The notes beneath the pieces are model-generated. The model was given only the letters and a program-made list of their open reading frames with translations. It did not search any database and was not told where the DNA came from. Source: Breznakia sp. PF5-3 (GTDB lineage: Bacteria; Bacillota_I; Bacilli_A; Erysipelotrichales; Erysipelotrichaceae). Taken from it: DNA of 32,000 bases. A program made the position numbers and the translations under genes. Below are positions 1 to 10,698 of this stretch, in pieces. The stretch covers positions 90,001 through 122,000 of the forward strand of contig NZ_JAQFIQ010000001.1 of NCBI RefSeq assembly GCF_029504745.1, in the 5' to 3' direction. Numbering within the stretch: the first letter of the stretch is position 1; the number at the start of each line of letters is the position of its first letter.

Positions 1-2103
1 AATGAAGAAGCACTTTTAGAAACCAAACATGTTAAACCATGGCAAATTATAGAAATGAAGGGATTGATGGGGGATGCTTCTGATAATATTCCTGGAGTAA
101 AAGGAGTTGGTGAAAAAACGGCACTTAAACTTCTACATGAATATGAAAGTGTTGAAGGTGTTTATGAACATATAGATGATCTTAAAGGGAAATTAAAAGA
201 AAAACTAATAGATGGAAAAGATATGGCTTTTTTATCAAAAGATTTAGCTACGATTAAAATTGATTGTGATGTTCCTGTAAAATTAGAAGATTTTGAATAT
301 GAAGAAAATGTAGAAGCGTTAAATACGTTTTATAGTAAATATGAGATGAATTCTTTAGTTCGGGATATTGAAGTAAAGCCTAAAAAAGTATTATCACAGT
401 TAAAACAAGTCGATAAATTACCAAAAGAATTGTTAGAAAAAGATGTTTTTATCTTTTTGGATTATGATAATGGTTTGTTTTATGACGCAACTCTCTATGG
501 GATGGTAGTGAAAACAGATGAGGATGCATATTATATTTCAAAAGATAATATGTTGATTGATAAAGTAAGCAATGCTTTATTTACTAGTAAAGGTAAGCGT
601 ATAGGATATAATGTGAAAATGACATATCATTTATTAGATCGATATGGATTTAAATTTGATTCATTTGATTTTGATATTATGATAGCTTCATTTTTGGTGA
701 ATAATAATATTAGTAATTTTGAACAATTATTAGACGCTTATAATTTAAATTTTGGAATTAAAAAAGATGATGTTTATGGAAAAGCAGGAAAGCCAAAATT
801 TGCTGATGAGGAAACACGCTTGCACTTTATGAATGCCCAAAGCGACGCTCTTTATCAAATATATCCAAGCATTACTAAAGAAATAGAAACAAAAGAATTA
901 AATAAAGTTTTATATGATATTGAAATGCCTATTTCGATTATTTTATATGAGATGGAAAAGGAAGGGGTTTCTACTTCAAAAGAAGTATTGGAAGAAATTC
1001 GTTTAAAAACACTTGATAAATTAAAAGCTTTAGAACGTAAAATATTTGCTTTATCAGGAAGTGAATTTAATGTAAACTCACCAAAACAATTAGCTGAAGT
1101 GTTGTTTGATAAACTTGGACTTAAAAGTAATAAAAAACGTAGCACAGCAATTGACGTATTGGAAAAATTGCAACATGCACATCCAGTTATTCCGGAATTG
1201 ATTATGTATCGAAAATATCAAAAAATTAATTCTACTTATGCTGAAGGATTGCAAAAGCATATTTTAAAAGATGGAAGAATTCATACAATCTATCATCAAA
1301 GTTTAACACAAACTGGGCGTTTATCCTCTTCAGATCCTAATTTACAAAATCTTTCTGTGAAAGATGATGATGCTAGAGAGATACGGAAGGCTTTTGTGGC
1401 AAGTGAAGGGTGTGTCTTATATGCAGCAGATTATTCGCAAATTGAATTGCGTGTATTAGCACATATGGCACAAGAGAAGCAAATGATAGATGCATTTAAT
1501 ACTGGTGTTGATATTCATACTAAAACAGCGATGTTAATTTTTAATGTAAACGAAGATGAAGTAACACCACTCATGCGTAGAGAAGCAAAAACGGTAAATT
1601 TTGGAATGGTTTATGGTCAAACTCAATTTGGATTAGCTAGTGAATTGAATATTGATATGAATGCTGCCAAAGATTTTATGGATGGATATTTTGAGTCTTA
1701 TCCAAAAATTAAAGATTTTATGGATGAAACAATATCTTTTTGTAAGGAACATGGGTATGTTACAACAATGTTTAAGAGAAGAAGGATTATAAATGAAATA
1801 CATGATAAAAATTATATGATCCGAGAGTTTGGTAAGCGTGCTGCTATGAATGCACCAATTCAAGGTACAGCAGCTGATCTTATTAAGATGGCAATGATAA
1901 AAGTAGTAACTTCTATGAAAGAAAAGAATATGAAAAGTAAACTAATACTACAAATTCATGATGAATTGGTCTTTGATGTTGTTTTAGATGAAGTAGATGC
2001 AATGGAAAAAATTGTAAAAAATGCAATGGAACATGTTTATAAACTATCAGTTCCTCTTGTTATAGATGGAAAATTTGCTGATAATTATTATGATAGTAAG
2101 TAG
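1..2103 (+). CDS. polA: DNA polymerase I, 5'-truncated by the window edge
   Basis: Frame 1 is open from base 1 (NEEALLETKHVKPWQIIEMKGLMGDASDNIPGVKGVGEKTA, the 5'-nuclease helix-hairpin-helix region). The gene therefore begins upstream of the window, not at the M at 55. Family-A polymerase motifs are present: A (DYSQIELRVLAH), B (RREAKTVNFGMVYG) and C (QIHDELVF). Confidence 0.97.
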   Translation, partial: NEEALLETKHVKPWQIIEMKGLMGDASDNIPGVKGVGEKTALKLLHEYESVEGVYEHIDDLKGKLKEKLIDGKDMAFLSKDLATIKIDCDVPVKLEDFEYEENVEALNTFYSKYEMNSLVRDIEVKPKKVLSQLKQVDKLPKELLEKDVFIFLDYDNGLFYDATLYGMVVKTDEDAYYISKDNMLIDKVSNALFTSKGKRIGYNVKMTYHLLDRYGFKFDSFDFDIMIASFLVNNNISNFEQLLDAYNLNFGIKKDDVYGKAGKPKFADEETRLHFMNAQSDALYQIYPSITKEIETKELNKVLYDIEMPISIILYEMEKEGVSTSKEVLEEIRLKTLDKLKALERKIFALSGSEFNVNSPKQLAEVLFDKLGLKSNKKRSTAIDVLEKLQHAHPVIPELIMYRKYQKINSTYAEGLQKHILKDGRIHTIYHQSLTQTGRLSSSDPNLQNLSVKDDDAREIRKAFVASEGCVLYAADYSQIELRVLAHMAQEKQMIDAFNTGVDIHTKTAMLIFNVNEDEVTPLMRREAKTVNFGMVYGQTQFGLASELNIDMNAAKDFMDGYFESYPKIKDFMDETISFCKEHGYVTTMFKRRRIINEIHDKNYMIREFGKRAAMNAPIQGTAADLIKMAMIKVVTSMKEKNMKSKLILQIHDELVFDVVLDEVDAMEKIVKNAMEHVYKLSVPLVIDGKFADNYYDSK

Positions 2104-2111
2104 GTACTAAT

Positions 2112-2945
2112 ATGCCAGAATTACCTGAAGTAGAAACCGTTGTACGAACACTAGAAAAATTAGTGGGGTATACAAAGATTGTAGATATTGATGTCTACTA
2201 TGATAAATTAATTGACAATCTTACTATATCTTCATTTATTGAAAGACTTAAAGGACAGTATTTTGTTGCATATAAACGAATTGGGAAATATCTAATTTTT
2301 GAATTAGAAAAAGACTATCTTATTGTTCATTTGCGCATGGAAGGAAAGTTTTTTGTCAATCAATCCGATACAGAGTATGATAAAAAACATACACATGCGA
2401 TTTTCTTCCTTGAGGATGGCCGAGAATTGCATTATCATGATACTCGAAAATTTGGACGTATGTATGTATATGATAAAAAAGGCGAAATTGAATCATTACC
2501 TGCTTTTAAAAATGTTGGATATGATGCATTTGATGAACGATTAAAAGCAGAGTATTTGTATAAAGTGAGTCGGAAAAAGAAGATTACACTAAAACAGTTT
2601 TTGTTAGATCAACGTTATATTTGTGGAATTGGAAATATTTATGCAAATGAAATATGTTTTCGAACTTCATTTCACCCAGAGACAAGAGTTTGTCGCCTTT
2701 CAAAAAATGATTTTGTGAATATTTTAGATGCGACAAGAATCATTTTACATGGTGCAATTAAAGCAGGTGGTACTACAATTCGTTCCTATACATCTTCGCT
2801 AGGAGTTGATGGCCGATTTCAATTAGAACTAAAAGTTCATGGTCGTGAAGGACAAACTTGCATGAGATGTGGGGAAGTTATTGAAAAGAAAATGGTTGGA
2901 GGTAGAGGCACATATTTTTGTAAGAAATGCCAAAAAAGAAAATGA
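2112..2945 (+). CDS. mutM: Formamidopyrimidine-DNA glycosylase (Fpg/MutM)
   Basis: It has the diagnostic N-terminus MPELPEVETV and a C-terminal zinc finger CMRCG...FCKKCQ. It sits directly after polA, as in Bacillus. Confidence 0.95.
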   Translation: MPELPEVETVVRTLEKLVGYTKIVDIDVYYDKLIDNLTISSFIERLKGQYFVAYKRIGKYLIFELEKDYLIVHLRMEGKFFVNQSDTEYDKKHTHAIFFLEDGRELHYHDTRKFGRMYVYDKKGEIESLPAFKNVGYDAFDERLKAEYLYKVSRKKKITLKQFLLDQRYICGIGNIYANEICFRTSFHPETRVCRLSKNDFVNILDATRIILHGAIKAGGTTIRSYTSSLGVDGRFQLELKVHGREGQTCMRCGEVIEKKMVGGRGTYFCKKCQKRK

Positions 2946-3514
2946 TTAAAATTGGAATAACAGGAACAATTGGTTCAGGAAAAAGTTATGTAGCAAATTT
3001 ACTAAATGAATATGATATTCCTGTATTAGATTTAGATAAAGTTGCTAAGGAAGTTCGTAATAATGAAGCAAAGAAAGAAATTATTGCATATTTTGGAGAT
3101 GCGATCTTAACCGAAGGAAATATCAACCCCAAAAAATTAAGTAATATTATTTTTGAAAATGATAAAGCACGGAAAAAATTAGAATCTTTCATCCATCCTT
3201 TTGTGTTAGAGAAAATGAATGATTTCTTTATATCAAATAAGACTTACGAATATGTTGCAGTAGAACAAGCTATTCTTTTTGAGTTAGGATGGGAGAAATA
3301 CTTTGATCAAATTTGGTTAGTAGATTGTTCAAAGAAAATTGCAATTGATCGGTTGATAAAGTTTCGCGGATATGAAAAAGCGACTGCTGAAGCTATTATG
3401 AATACACAGTTTTCAAATATAGAGAAACGAAAACTTGCAGATTATGTTATCATTAATAATGATGGGAAAGATTCTTTATATAAACAAATAGATAAGATTT
3501 TAAAAAAGGAGTAA
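2942..3514 (+). CDS. coaE: Dephospho-CoA kinase
   Basis: The P-loop GITGTIGSGKS lies at the N-terminus. I prefer the ATG at 2942, which forms an ATGA overlap with the mutM stop at 2943-2945 and gives MIKIGITG. The ORF-track start at 2927 is in the same frame and remains possible. Confidence 0.9.
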   Translation: MIKIGITGTIGSGKSYVANLLNEYDIPVLDLDKVAKEVRNNEAKKEIIAYFGDAILTEGNINPKKLSNIIFENDKARKKLESFIHPFVLEKMNDFFISNKTYEYVAVEQAILFELGWEKYFDQIWLVDCSKKIAIDRLIKFRGYEKATAEAIMNTQFSNIEKRKLADYVIINNDGKDSLYKQIDKILKKE

Positions 3515-3517
3515 GGT

Positions 3518-4693
3518 ATGTTGAAGGTTGAAGATAAAGTAAGAGTTGAAATACATGGTGTGATCAATGAAGAATCACATTCTATTTTAACTATGCTTTA
3601 CTATCCTTTGATTAAGGATAGGGCATATATTTTATATCAGCTTTTAATTGCTCTTTCTACAAAAAGATCAAAATTTGAAAACCATTTAATCCTCCATGAA
3701 TTAAGTGGTTTTTCTATGGAAGTGATTGAGCAAGAACGAAAAACTTTAGAAAAGTATCAACTTTTAAAAACATATTATGATCCTCAAAAGAAACAATATT
3801 TATATGCGATTATTCCACCTAAAAGTGGTAGTGATTTTTTAGAACACGAAGTATTCGGTAGATTATATTTAAATCGTTTAGGAGAACAAGTTGTTAAGTT
3901 CCAAAAAATTAATTTCTTAGCAAATACAGTAGATAAAACTAGATTCAATGATATATCTGAGTGTATATCAGACGTTTTAAAAGACGATTGGAATGAAGCT
4001 TTTGAAAAAACATATTTAGAAGTGAAAAGTGAAATTCAAAATAGTAAACAGAAACAGACAATCGCTTTTAATTATGATGAACTTTTAAAAGATTTGTCAG
4101 ATATTATATGGCCACGGAAAAATCGTAGCGAAAAACAATTAGAAGAAATCGGACAGATTGCAACCGTGTACGGAATTAGTCCAAAGCAAATAAAAATCTT
4201 AATAAGTCGTTCAGTGGATAAACGAAAAAATAGTAAAACATATGGGAAACTTGATATTAAAGCATTACGAGAAAAGGCTGCTTCATCAAAAGCTAAATTT
4301 GAAACAGAAGAGGTTAATATTTATAAATGGCCACCAATTCGCTTCTTACAAAATAAACAAAATGGGGTTCCCGTATCTAAACATGATGCCGAAACTATTC
4401 GTATTTTATTAGAAGAGTATCGTTTGATACCCGAAGTATGTAATGTTTTGATTGAATATGTGTTGAATACAAGTGAACAAAAGTTTATAAGAAACTATGT
4501 AGAAAGCATTGCAGCAAGCTGGGTAAGGGCAAAAATTGACACATATGAAAAAGCGCTTGTGCGAATTCATGGAACTAATATAAAAAAGAATAAGTCTACA
4601 GATTTAAAAGAGGAAAAACAAGATAATCCATTAAGCGATGAAGAAAGAGACTCTTTGATTAAACGCTTTAATTCAGTAGAGGGGGATACATAA
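3518..4693 (+). CDS. dnaB: Replication initiation and membrane attachment protein (Bacillus DnaB type with DnaD-like C-terminal domain; not the replicative helicase)
   Basis: It lies immediately upstream of dnaI, as in Bacillus. The C-terminal region (NYVESIAASWVRAKIDTYEKAL) resembles the DnaD/DnaB_2 domain signature. The SD AAGGAG is embedded in the last coaE codons. The family call rests on synteny plus motif memory, not on a search. Confidence 0.65.
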   Translation: MLKVEDKVRVEIHGVINEESHSILTMLYYPLIKDRAYILYQLLIALSTKRSKFENHLILHELSGFSMEVIEQERKTLEKYQLLKTYYDPQKKQYLYAIIPPKSGSDFLEHEVFGRLYLNRLGEQVVKFQKINFLANTVDKTRFNDISECISDVLKDDWNEAFEKTYLEVKSEIQNSKQKQTIAFNYDELLKDLSDIIWPRKNRSEKQLEEIGQIATVYGISPKQIKILISRSVDKRKNSKTYGKLDIKALREKAASSKAKFETEEVNIYKWPPIRFLQNKQNGVPVSKHDAETIRILLEEYRLIPEVCNVLIEYVLNTSEQKFIRNYVESIAASWVRAKIDTYEKALVRIHGTNIKKNKSTDLKEEKQDNPLSDEERDSLIKRFNSVEGDT

Positions 4694-4694
4694 A

Positions 4695-5633
4695 ATGAAA
4701 AAAATTATTTTTAATGCAGAAATAAATGATGAATTATCAAAAGAAAAGAAAGCTCTTTGTAAACAATTATTACTTAATCAAAAAATTCAAAAATTTTTAA
4801 GAACATATAAACTTTCTGAATCTTTTGTTTATGAAAATACATATTTATTAAATGATTATCAAAAACGAATTTCCCTTTGTGATGATTGTGCAGGACTTGC
4901 ATATTGTAAACAAGAGGTAAATGGGTATATATTATCCATTCAAATACAAAGTAATGATGTTGAAAAAATTTTGGTTCCTTGCCACTATTTACAGCAACTA
5001 GACAGTTCGATTGCACATCAAAATCAATTAATTTTTAATCATATGAGTGCAGATCAATTACAATATCGTTTTTCATTAATTGATATTGCCAATGAAACTG
5101 TTGAAAACCCTTCATATGCAAGAATTGCCACTATTTTAAAAGAGTATATTAGCAAACATGATCCGAAAAGTTTTTTTATTTGTGGAAAACCAGGTGTTGG
5201 TAAAACGTACTTGGCTTGTTGCTATATAAATGAAGTTGCCAAAAAAGGAATTAAATGTGGATTTGTTCATGTACCAACTTTAATTGCTGATTTAAAAACA
5301 TTGATGTACGATAATGCTGCATTTAAAAAAGTTATTTATAATTTACGTCGTGTAGATGTTCTTATTCTTGATGATATTGGCGGGGAAAGTGCATCTACTT
5401 GGAGTCGGGATGATATCTTATTGCCACTTTTGAATGATCGAATGGAGAATCGACGAAAAACGTTATTTACTAGTAATTTTAACTTTGATGAAATTGAAGA
5501 ATTTTATCGATTAAAAAGCAAGGCAATCAATGATAAAATCGGTGCAAATCGACTTGTGGAAAGAATGAAATCGCTTGCAGATGAAAAAGTCTTGAAAGGG
5601 AACAACAGAAGAGTGGAAAATAGTAGTAATTAA
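4695..5633 (+). CDS. dnaI: Primosomal helicase loader DnaI (AAA+)
   Basis: Walker A is GKPGVGKTY and Walker B is VLILDDIGGE. The N-terminal part is Cys-rich (CDDCAGLAYC), consistent with the DnaI zinc-binding domain. The start is 1 nt after the stop of the preceding gene. Confidence 0.87.
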   Translation: MKKIIFNAEINDELSKEKKALCKQLLLNQKIQKFLRTYKLSESFVYENTYLLNDYQKRISLCDDCAGLAYCKQEVNGYILSIQIQSNDVEKILVPCHYLQQLDSSIAHQNQLIFNHMSADQLQYRFSLIDIANETVENPSYARIATILKEYISKHDPKSFFICGKPGVGKTYLACCYINEVAKKGIKCGFVHVPTLIADLKTLMYDNAAFKKVIYNLRRVDVLILDDIGGESASTWSRDDILLPLLNDRMENRRKTLFTSNFNFDEIEEFYRLKSKAINDKIGANRLVERMKSLADEKVLKGNNRRVENSSN

Positions 5634-5688
5634 AGTCGAATGGTGTTATAGTATATATTGATTTTGAAATTATGGAGGTGCTTCAAGT

Positions 5689-6651
5689 ATGGTGAAAAAA
5701 ATTGGTGTGCTGACTTCTGGAGGAGATGCTCCAGGAATGAATGCTGCAATCCGTGCCGTAACCAGAGTAGCTACAAACATAGGTCTTGAAGTATATGGGA
5801 TTTATGATGGATATCGTGGAATGGTTGATGGTAAAATCAAACAGTTAACAAGAGAAAGTGTATCTGATATTTTGGATCGTGGAGGAACCATTTTGGGTTC
5901 TGCTCGATTACCAGAATTCAAAGACATTGAAGTTCGTAAAAAAGCGATTGAACAACTCGATAAATTTGGCATTGAAGCGGTCGTTGTGATCGGTGGAGAT
6001 GGAAGTTATCGAGGTGCACAAGCGCTTACGGATATGGGTGTTAATTGTATTGGGTTACCAGGAACGATTGACAACGATATCTCAAGTACAGATGAAACAA
6101 TTGGTTTCAGTACTGCACTTAATACAATTGTAGAAGCAGTTGATAAATTGCGTGATACATCAAGTTCCCATCATCGCTGTTCGATAGTCGAAGTTATGGG
6201 GAACCGTTGTGGAGATTTAGCTTTATTTTCAGGATTATCTTCTGGGGCTGAAATTGTTATAACTTCAGAAACAGGATTTGATGAAAATGAAGTATTGGAT
6301 CGTTTGCGCGAATTTGATTTAGTAAAGAAAAAGAATCATGCTTTGGTTATTATTTCTGAGAAAATCACGGATGTTGAAGTATTTGCTCGAAAAGTCTCAC
6401 AACATACAGGCTTCTCGGGTAGAGCTACCATTTTAGGTCATGTACAGCGTGGAGGATCTCCTACACCTGATGACCGTGTACTTGCTTCACGTATGGGTGA
6501 AAAAGCTGTTGATCTACTAATGCAAGGTGTTGGTGGACAATGTGTTGGTATACAGCATAGTGAAATTGTTGGTGTACCAATTGAAGAAGCACTCAATATG
6601 CCTTCAAAATCACGTAAAGATTTACAAAATTTATTTGACCGATTAGTCTAA
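5689..6651 (+). CDS. pfkA: ATP-dependent 6-phosphofructokinase
   Basis: Motifs IGVLTSGGDAPGMNAAIR, IGGDGSY and PGTIDND are present. The SD GGAGGTG at 5674-5680 lies 8 nt upstream of the ATG. Confidence 0.97.
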   Translation: MVKKIGVLTSGGDAPGMNAAIRAVTRVATNIGLEVYGIYDGYRGMVDGKIKQLTRESVSDILDRGGTILGSARLPEFKDIEVRKKAIEQLDKFGIEAVVVIGGDGSYRGAQALTDMGVNCIGLPGTIDNDISSTDETIGFSTALNTIVEAVDKLRDTSSSHHRCSIVEVMGNRCGDLALFSGLSSGAEIVITSETGFDENEVLDRLREFDLVKKKNHALVIISEKITDVEVFARKVSQHTGFSGRATILGHVQRGGSPTPDDRVLASRMGEKAVDLLMQGVGGQCVGIQHSEIVGVPIEEALNMPSKSRKDLQNLFDRLV

Positions 6652-6661
6652 AGGGGAAAAC

Positions 6662-8074
6662 ATGAAAAGAACAAAAATTATTTGTACGATTGGGCCAGCA
6701 ACAGAAAGCCCTGAAATGCTTAAAAAATTAGTAGATACAGGAATGAATATCACACGATTGAATTTCTCTCATGGTGATTATGAGGAGCATGGTAAAAGAA
6801 TTGCGACTATTCATCGCATTAATGATGAAACAAATGCCAATATTGGTATTCTATTAGATACCAAAGGTCCTGAAATTCGTTTAGGAGACTTTGCTAATGG
6901 TGCAGAAACATACGAAAAAGGTGACATTGTAACGATTGTTCGCGATGAAATGTTAGGAACACATGATAAATTCTACATTCAATGTCCAGAAGTATTTGAT
7001 GATGTAAGTGTTGGGGGAACGATTCTAATTGATGATGGAAAAGTTCGTTTAACTATTATTGAAAAAGGTGATGGAGAATTAACATGTCGTATTGAAAATC
7101 CTGGTGTTTTAAAAAGCCGTAAAGGTTGTAATGTACCAAATGTTAAATTAAGCATGCCGTTTATTTCACCAAAAGATGATAGTGATATCCGTTTTGGTTG
7201 TAAGATGAAAGTAGATTATATTGCTGCATCATTTACACGTAGAAAAGAAGATATCCTTGCAATTAAAAAAATTCTAAAAGAAGAAAATTGTGAAGATATT
7301 CAAATCATTGCGAAAATTGAAAACCAAGAAGGTTATGACAATTTAGATGAGATTTTAGAAGAAGCAGAAGGAATCATGGTTGCTCGTGGAGATCTAGGAG
7401 TTGATGTATCATTTGAAAAAGTTCCTATTTACCAAAAACAAATGATTGCTAGAGCAAATGCCTTTGGTAAACCAGTTGTTACAGCAACACATATGTTGGA
7501 AAGTATGCAACAAAATCCAAGACCAACAAGAGCGGAAGCAAGTGATGTTGCCAATGCTGTTTTGGATGGAACAGATGCAATTATGTTATCAGGAGAAAGT
7601 GCAGTTGGTATGTATCCAATTGAAGCTGTTCAAACGATGAATACAATTGCGCAAGGAATGGAAGAAATTCTTCCTTATCGTGAAAGATTACAACAATCAA
7701 TTGATACTAGTAAGAGAACTAAAGAAGATGCAATTGGAATTGCAGTTGCAGATACTGCATTAGCGATGGATGTAGCAGCAATCGTTGTATTTACTTCAAG
7801 TGGGACTAGTGCAAGAAGAATTGCTAAATTTAGACCTGTATGTCCTGTATATGCAGCAACATTTGATGAGCGTACAAGACACAGTTTAGCAATCAACTGG
7901 GGTGTCTCTGCTGTCACAATACCTAACATTAATGAACGCGATACAGAATCAGAGTTAGCAAGAGATGTTGCGAAAAGCTTTGGTTGCAAAAAAGGTGATA
8001 CGATTATCGTTGTAGCTGGATATCCACATGGAACAGGTGCAACAAACTCAATGAGAATTATTGAAGTTGAATAA
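6662..8074 (+). CDS. pyk: Pyruvate kinase
   Basis: Motifs KTKIICTIGPA, NFSHG, DTKGPEIR and MVARGDLG are present. It follows pfkA in the classic pfkA-pyk operon. Confidence 0.97.
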   Translation: MKRTKIICTIGPATESPEMLKKLVDTGMNITRLNFSHGDYEEHGKRIATIHRINDETNANIGILLDTKGPEIRLGDFANGAETYEKGDIVTIVRDEMLGTHDKFYIQCPEVFDDVSVGGTILIDDGKVRLTIIEKGDGELTCRIENPGVLKSRKGCNVPNVKLSMPFISPKDDSDIRFGCKMKVDYIAASFTRRKEDILAIKKILKEENCEDIQIIAKIENQEGYDNLDEILEEAEGIMVARGDLGVDVSFEKVPIYQKQMIARANAFGKPVVTATHMLESMQQNPRPTRAEASDVANAVLDGTDAIMLSGESAVGMYPIEAVQTMNTIAQGMEEILPYRERLQQSIDTSKRTKEDAIGIAVADTALAMDVAAIVVFTSSGTSARRIAKFRPVCPVYAATFDERTRHSLAINWGVSAVTIPNINERDTESELARDVAKSFGCKKGDTIIVVAGYPHGTGATNSMRIIEVE

Positions 8075-8097
8075 AGCGCTGAAATCAGCGTTTTTTT
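8074..8097 (+). terminator. Rho-independent terminator of pfkA-pyk
   Basis: The arms CGCTGA (8077-8082) and TCAGCG (8085-8090) form a hairpin. It is extended by flanking A/T pairs and followed by T7 at 8091-8097. Confidence 0.8.
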
Positions 8098-8168
8098 AAC
8101 TAAGTTGAGGTAGCGAATTTGGTTTATAAATGTTAGAATAGAAAGTACATAAAATATGGGGTAAGCGT

Positions 8169-9305
8169 ATGAAACTTAATCTTAGTCAAGAAACAAAAAC
8201 TAGAGTACTTACTGGAGCACTAATTGCATTAATTGCGATTGTCATATATTTTTTCTTTTTGAATTTCACAGGTATTGAAAAAGCAATCAGTAATCTTTTT
8301 AAAATTATGTTTCCTTTTATTGTTGGATTTGTAATAGCTTTTTTATTAAATCCTTTTATGATGTTTTTGGAGAATAAAGCATTTGCTAAGTTGAAACTAA
8401 AACAACAGACGAAGCGAAATATTGCTGCTACTATTTCAATCATTGTTGGAATTATAGTTGTTGGTGCCTTGATGTTTTTAATCATTTACCAAGTTAGAGA
8501 AAGCATTGAAAGCTTGTTGAGTAATTATGATGTCTATTTAAATTCTTTTGAGACCTTTGTTGAAGATGTTTTCCAAAGATTTAATTTAGATATGGATGAA
8601 GTCGCTCAAATAACCCAATCTAGTGAAGATTTTTTATCTATGATTACAGGTACTGCATCAAAATATGCACCAAAAGTATTGGGGATGGGATTTGATTTCA
8701 TTGCAACCTTATTAAAAATTTTAATTGGAATTATAGCTGGTCTATATTTATTAATGGACAAAGAAAAATTTCTATATCAATGCAAAAAGCTAAACTATGC
8801 GATTTTCCCAAAAGAAATTGCAATCTATATAGCTAGATTCATGCATAAGTTGCGTAATATCTTTTATGATTTTATTGTTGGTAAAGCAATCGATTCTTTT
8901 ATCATTGGAATTATATGTTATGTAGGTATGACGTTACTAGGCTTTGAATATGCTGCACTTATCAGTGTTATTGTAGCAATCACAAACATGATTCCCGTAT
9001 TTGGACCTTTTATAGGTGCTGTACCAGGAGTATTTATTCTATTAATTGTTAATCCACTTCATTCGTTGTATTTCATTATTTTCATTTTTGTTTTACAACA
9101 ATTTGATGGTAATTTCTTAGGTCCACTTATCTTAGGGGATAAATTAGGTATTCCTAGTTTTTGGATATTATTTTCTGTAACAGTAGGTGGAGCATTGTTT
9201 GGAATCGTTGGGATGTTTATTGGAGTTCCTTCATTTGCTGCCATATATTTCTTAGTAAAAGAATTTGTTGATTATCGTTTAGCGAAAAAGAAAATTGATT
9301 TATAA
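8169..9305 (+). CDS. AI-2E family transporter (UPF0118/PerM-like permease)
   Basis: This is a 378-aa polytopic membrane protein. It has the family-typical segment [20 protein letters not shown] followed by [14 protein letters not shown]. The substrate is unknown. Confidence 0.75.
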   Translation: MKLNLSQETKTRVLTGALIALIAIVIYFFFLNFTGIEKAISNLFKIMFPFIVGFVIAFLLNPFMMFLENKAFAKLKLKQQTKRNIAATISIIVGIIVVGALMFLIIYQVRESIESLLSNYDVYLNSFETFVEDVFQRFNLDMDEVAQITQSSEDFLSMITGTASKYAPKVLGMGFDFIATLLKILIGIIAGLYLLMDKEKFLYQCKKLNYAIFPKEIAIYIARFMHKLRNIFYDFIVGKAIDSFIIGIICYVGMTLLGFEYAALISVIVAITNMIPVFGPFIGAVPGVFILLIVNPLHSLYFIIFIFVLQQFDGNFLGPLILGDKLGIPSFWILFSVTVGGALFGIVGMFIGVPSFAAIYFLVKEFVDYRLAKKKIDL

Positions 9306-9382
9306 CTTATTTATTCGACTTACTTGAGGATTATAGTGAGATATGGTTTAATTTAGTTAGATTGAAAGGAGATTACTATATT

Positions 9383-9922
9383 ATGGAATTAAAAGGATCA
9401 AAGACTGAGAAAAATTTACAAACTGCTTTTGCTGGAGAATCACAAGCATCGATTAAATATACATTCTATGCTTCAAGAGCAAAAAAGGATGGATATGTTC
9501 AAATTCAAAATGTTTTTAATGAAACTGCACATAATGAACACGAACATGCGAAAATATGGTTTAAATTATTACATGGTGGTTCAGTAAAAGATACAGCATG
9601 GAATTTAAAAGATGCTGCTGCTGGAGAGAATTACGAATGGACTGATATGTATGCAACATTTGCTAAAGAAGCTGCAGCAGAAGGATTTGATGAAATAGCA
9701 GAAAAGTTTAAACAAGTTGGTGCTATTGAAAAACGTCATGAAGAAAGATATTTAACATTATTAAAAAACGTTGAAGAAAATGCAGTATTTAGCAAAATCG
9801 AAGAGCAAGTATGGATTTGTTCAAACTGTGGACATATTTACATGGGGAATGATGCTCCTGATATGTGTCCTGTATGTGATCATCCACAAGCACACTTTGA
9901 AATCTTTAATGAAAACTTCTAA
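9383..9922 (+). CDS. rbr: Rubrerythrin
   Basis: The N-terminus is [30 protein letters not shown]. Di-iron ExxH elements ([16 protein letters not shown]) are present, with a C-terminal rubredoxin-like CSNCGH...CPVCDHP. I prefer the ATG at 9383 over the in-frame TTG at 9362. Confidence 0.93.
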   Translation: MELKGSKTEKNLQTAFAGESQASIKYTFYASRAKKDGYVQIQNVFNETAHNEHEHAKIWFKLLHGGSVKDTAWNLKDAAAGENYEWTDMYATFAKEAAAEGFDEIAEKFKQVGAIEKRHEERYLTLLKNVEENAVFSKIEEQVWICSNCGHIYMGNDAPDMCPVCDHPQAHFEIFNENF

Positions 9923-9943
9923 AAGCGGGAAATCCGCTTTTTT
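9921..9943 (+). terminator. Rho-independent terminator of rbr
   Basis: The stem AGCGG (9924-9928) pairs with CCGCT (9934-9938) around a 5-nt loop and is followed by T6 at 9938-9943. Confidence 0.7.
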
Positions 9944-9950
9944 ATTTTTA

Positions 9951-9982
9951 ATAAAAAAAAGGTGGATTATTCTTCCACCTTT
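9951..9982 (-). terminator. Rho-independent terminator of the Nfu-like gene, overlapping its last codons
   Basis: On the plus strand AAAGGTGGA (9958-9966) pairs with TCCACCTTT (9974-9982) around a 7-nt loop. On the minus strand the hairpin is followed by a U-run, seen as the plus-strand A8 at 9953-9960. The stop codon at 9967-9969 sits in the loop. Confidence 0.75.
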
Positions 9983-10206
9983 ACTTCTTTAATACCATCA
10001 ACTTCATCTTGAAGCATTGCTTCAAGACCAAATTTGATTGTGTCATCTAGTGCCAAACACCCTACACAAGCACCAATCATTCTTACATATACAATACCAT
10101 CTTCGTATCGTAAAAACTCTACATCTCCACCATCACGTTGAATATAAGGTCTTATCTTTTCAATGACGGCAATTATTTCATTATTTTTTTTCTCCATAGC
10201 TACCAT
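9967..10206 (-). CDS. NifU C-terminal domain (Nfu-type) Fe-S cluster protein
   Basis: This is a 79-aa protein. It carries IRPYIQRDGGDVEF and the CxxC motif GACVGC typical of Nfu/YutI-like proteins. Confidence 0.82.
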   Translation of the reverse strand: MVAMEKKNNEIIAVIEKIRPYIQRDGGDVEFLRYEDGIVYVRMIGACVGCLALDDTIKFGLEAMLQDEVDGIKEVKVEE

Positions 10207-10335
10207 TCAAACTCCTTAGGATATATTATATCACTATAAATAAAAAATTATATAGAAAATGACCTAGATTTGTGAAAATAATAATTATTATAATGTTATC
10301 TGTGATATAATAAAAAACATGAAGGAGGTCTGTTC

Positions 10336-10698
10336 TTGTATCAAAATGGAGATATTGTTGAAGGTATTATTACAGGTATTCAACCTTATGGAGCCTTTGT
10401 AAAAATAGATGATCAACATAATGGATTGCTGCATATATCGGAAATTTCAGATAGTTATATACACGATATTCATGAATATGTATCAATGAAAGAAAAAATT
10501 AAAGTTAAAATACTCGATGTTGGGACAGATGACCATCATTTTAAATTATCACTAAAAGCATTGCATAAAGATGCTGGTAGAAAACGGCGTTCACAACCTC
10601 ATCGTTTATTACCTAAACAAGAGCTTGGATTTAAAACGTTAGAACTACATTTAGATAAGTGGATTAAGGAAGGAATGGATGGAGGTAACAATGATTAA
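10336..10698 (+). CDS. S1 RNA-binding domain protein (general stress protein 13 / YugI-like)
   Basis: The S1 fold signature is GDIVEGIITGIQPYGAFVKIDDQHNGLLHISEIS. The TTG start lies 7 nt after the SD GAAGGAGG (10321-10328). The gene is adjacent to pgi, as yugI is near pgi in B. subtilis. Confidence 0.82.
   Translation: MYQNGDIVEGIITGIQPYGAFVKIDDQHNGLLHISEISDSYIHDIHEYVSMKEKIKVKILDVGTDDHHFKLSLKALHKDAGRKRRSQPHRLLPKQELGFKTLELHLDKWIKEGMDGGNND

Noticed and set aside
400-560. The PolA 3'-5' exonuclease region lacks an obvious ExoI DxE motif (it reads FLDYDNG).
   Set aside because: Loss of proofreading motifs is the normal state for Bacillus-type PolA enzymes such as Bst Pol I, so this is not unusual.
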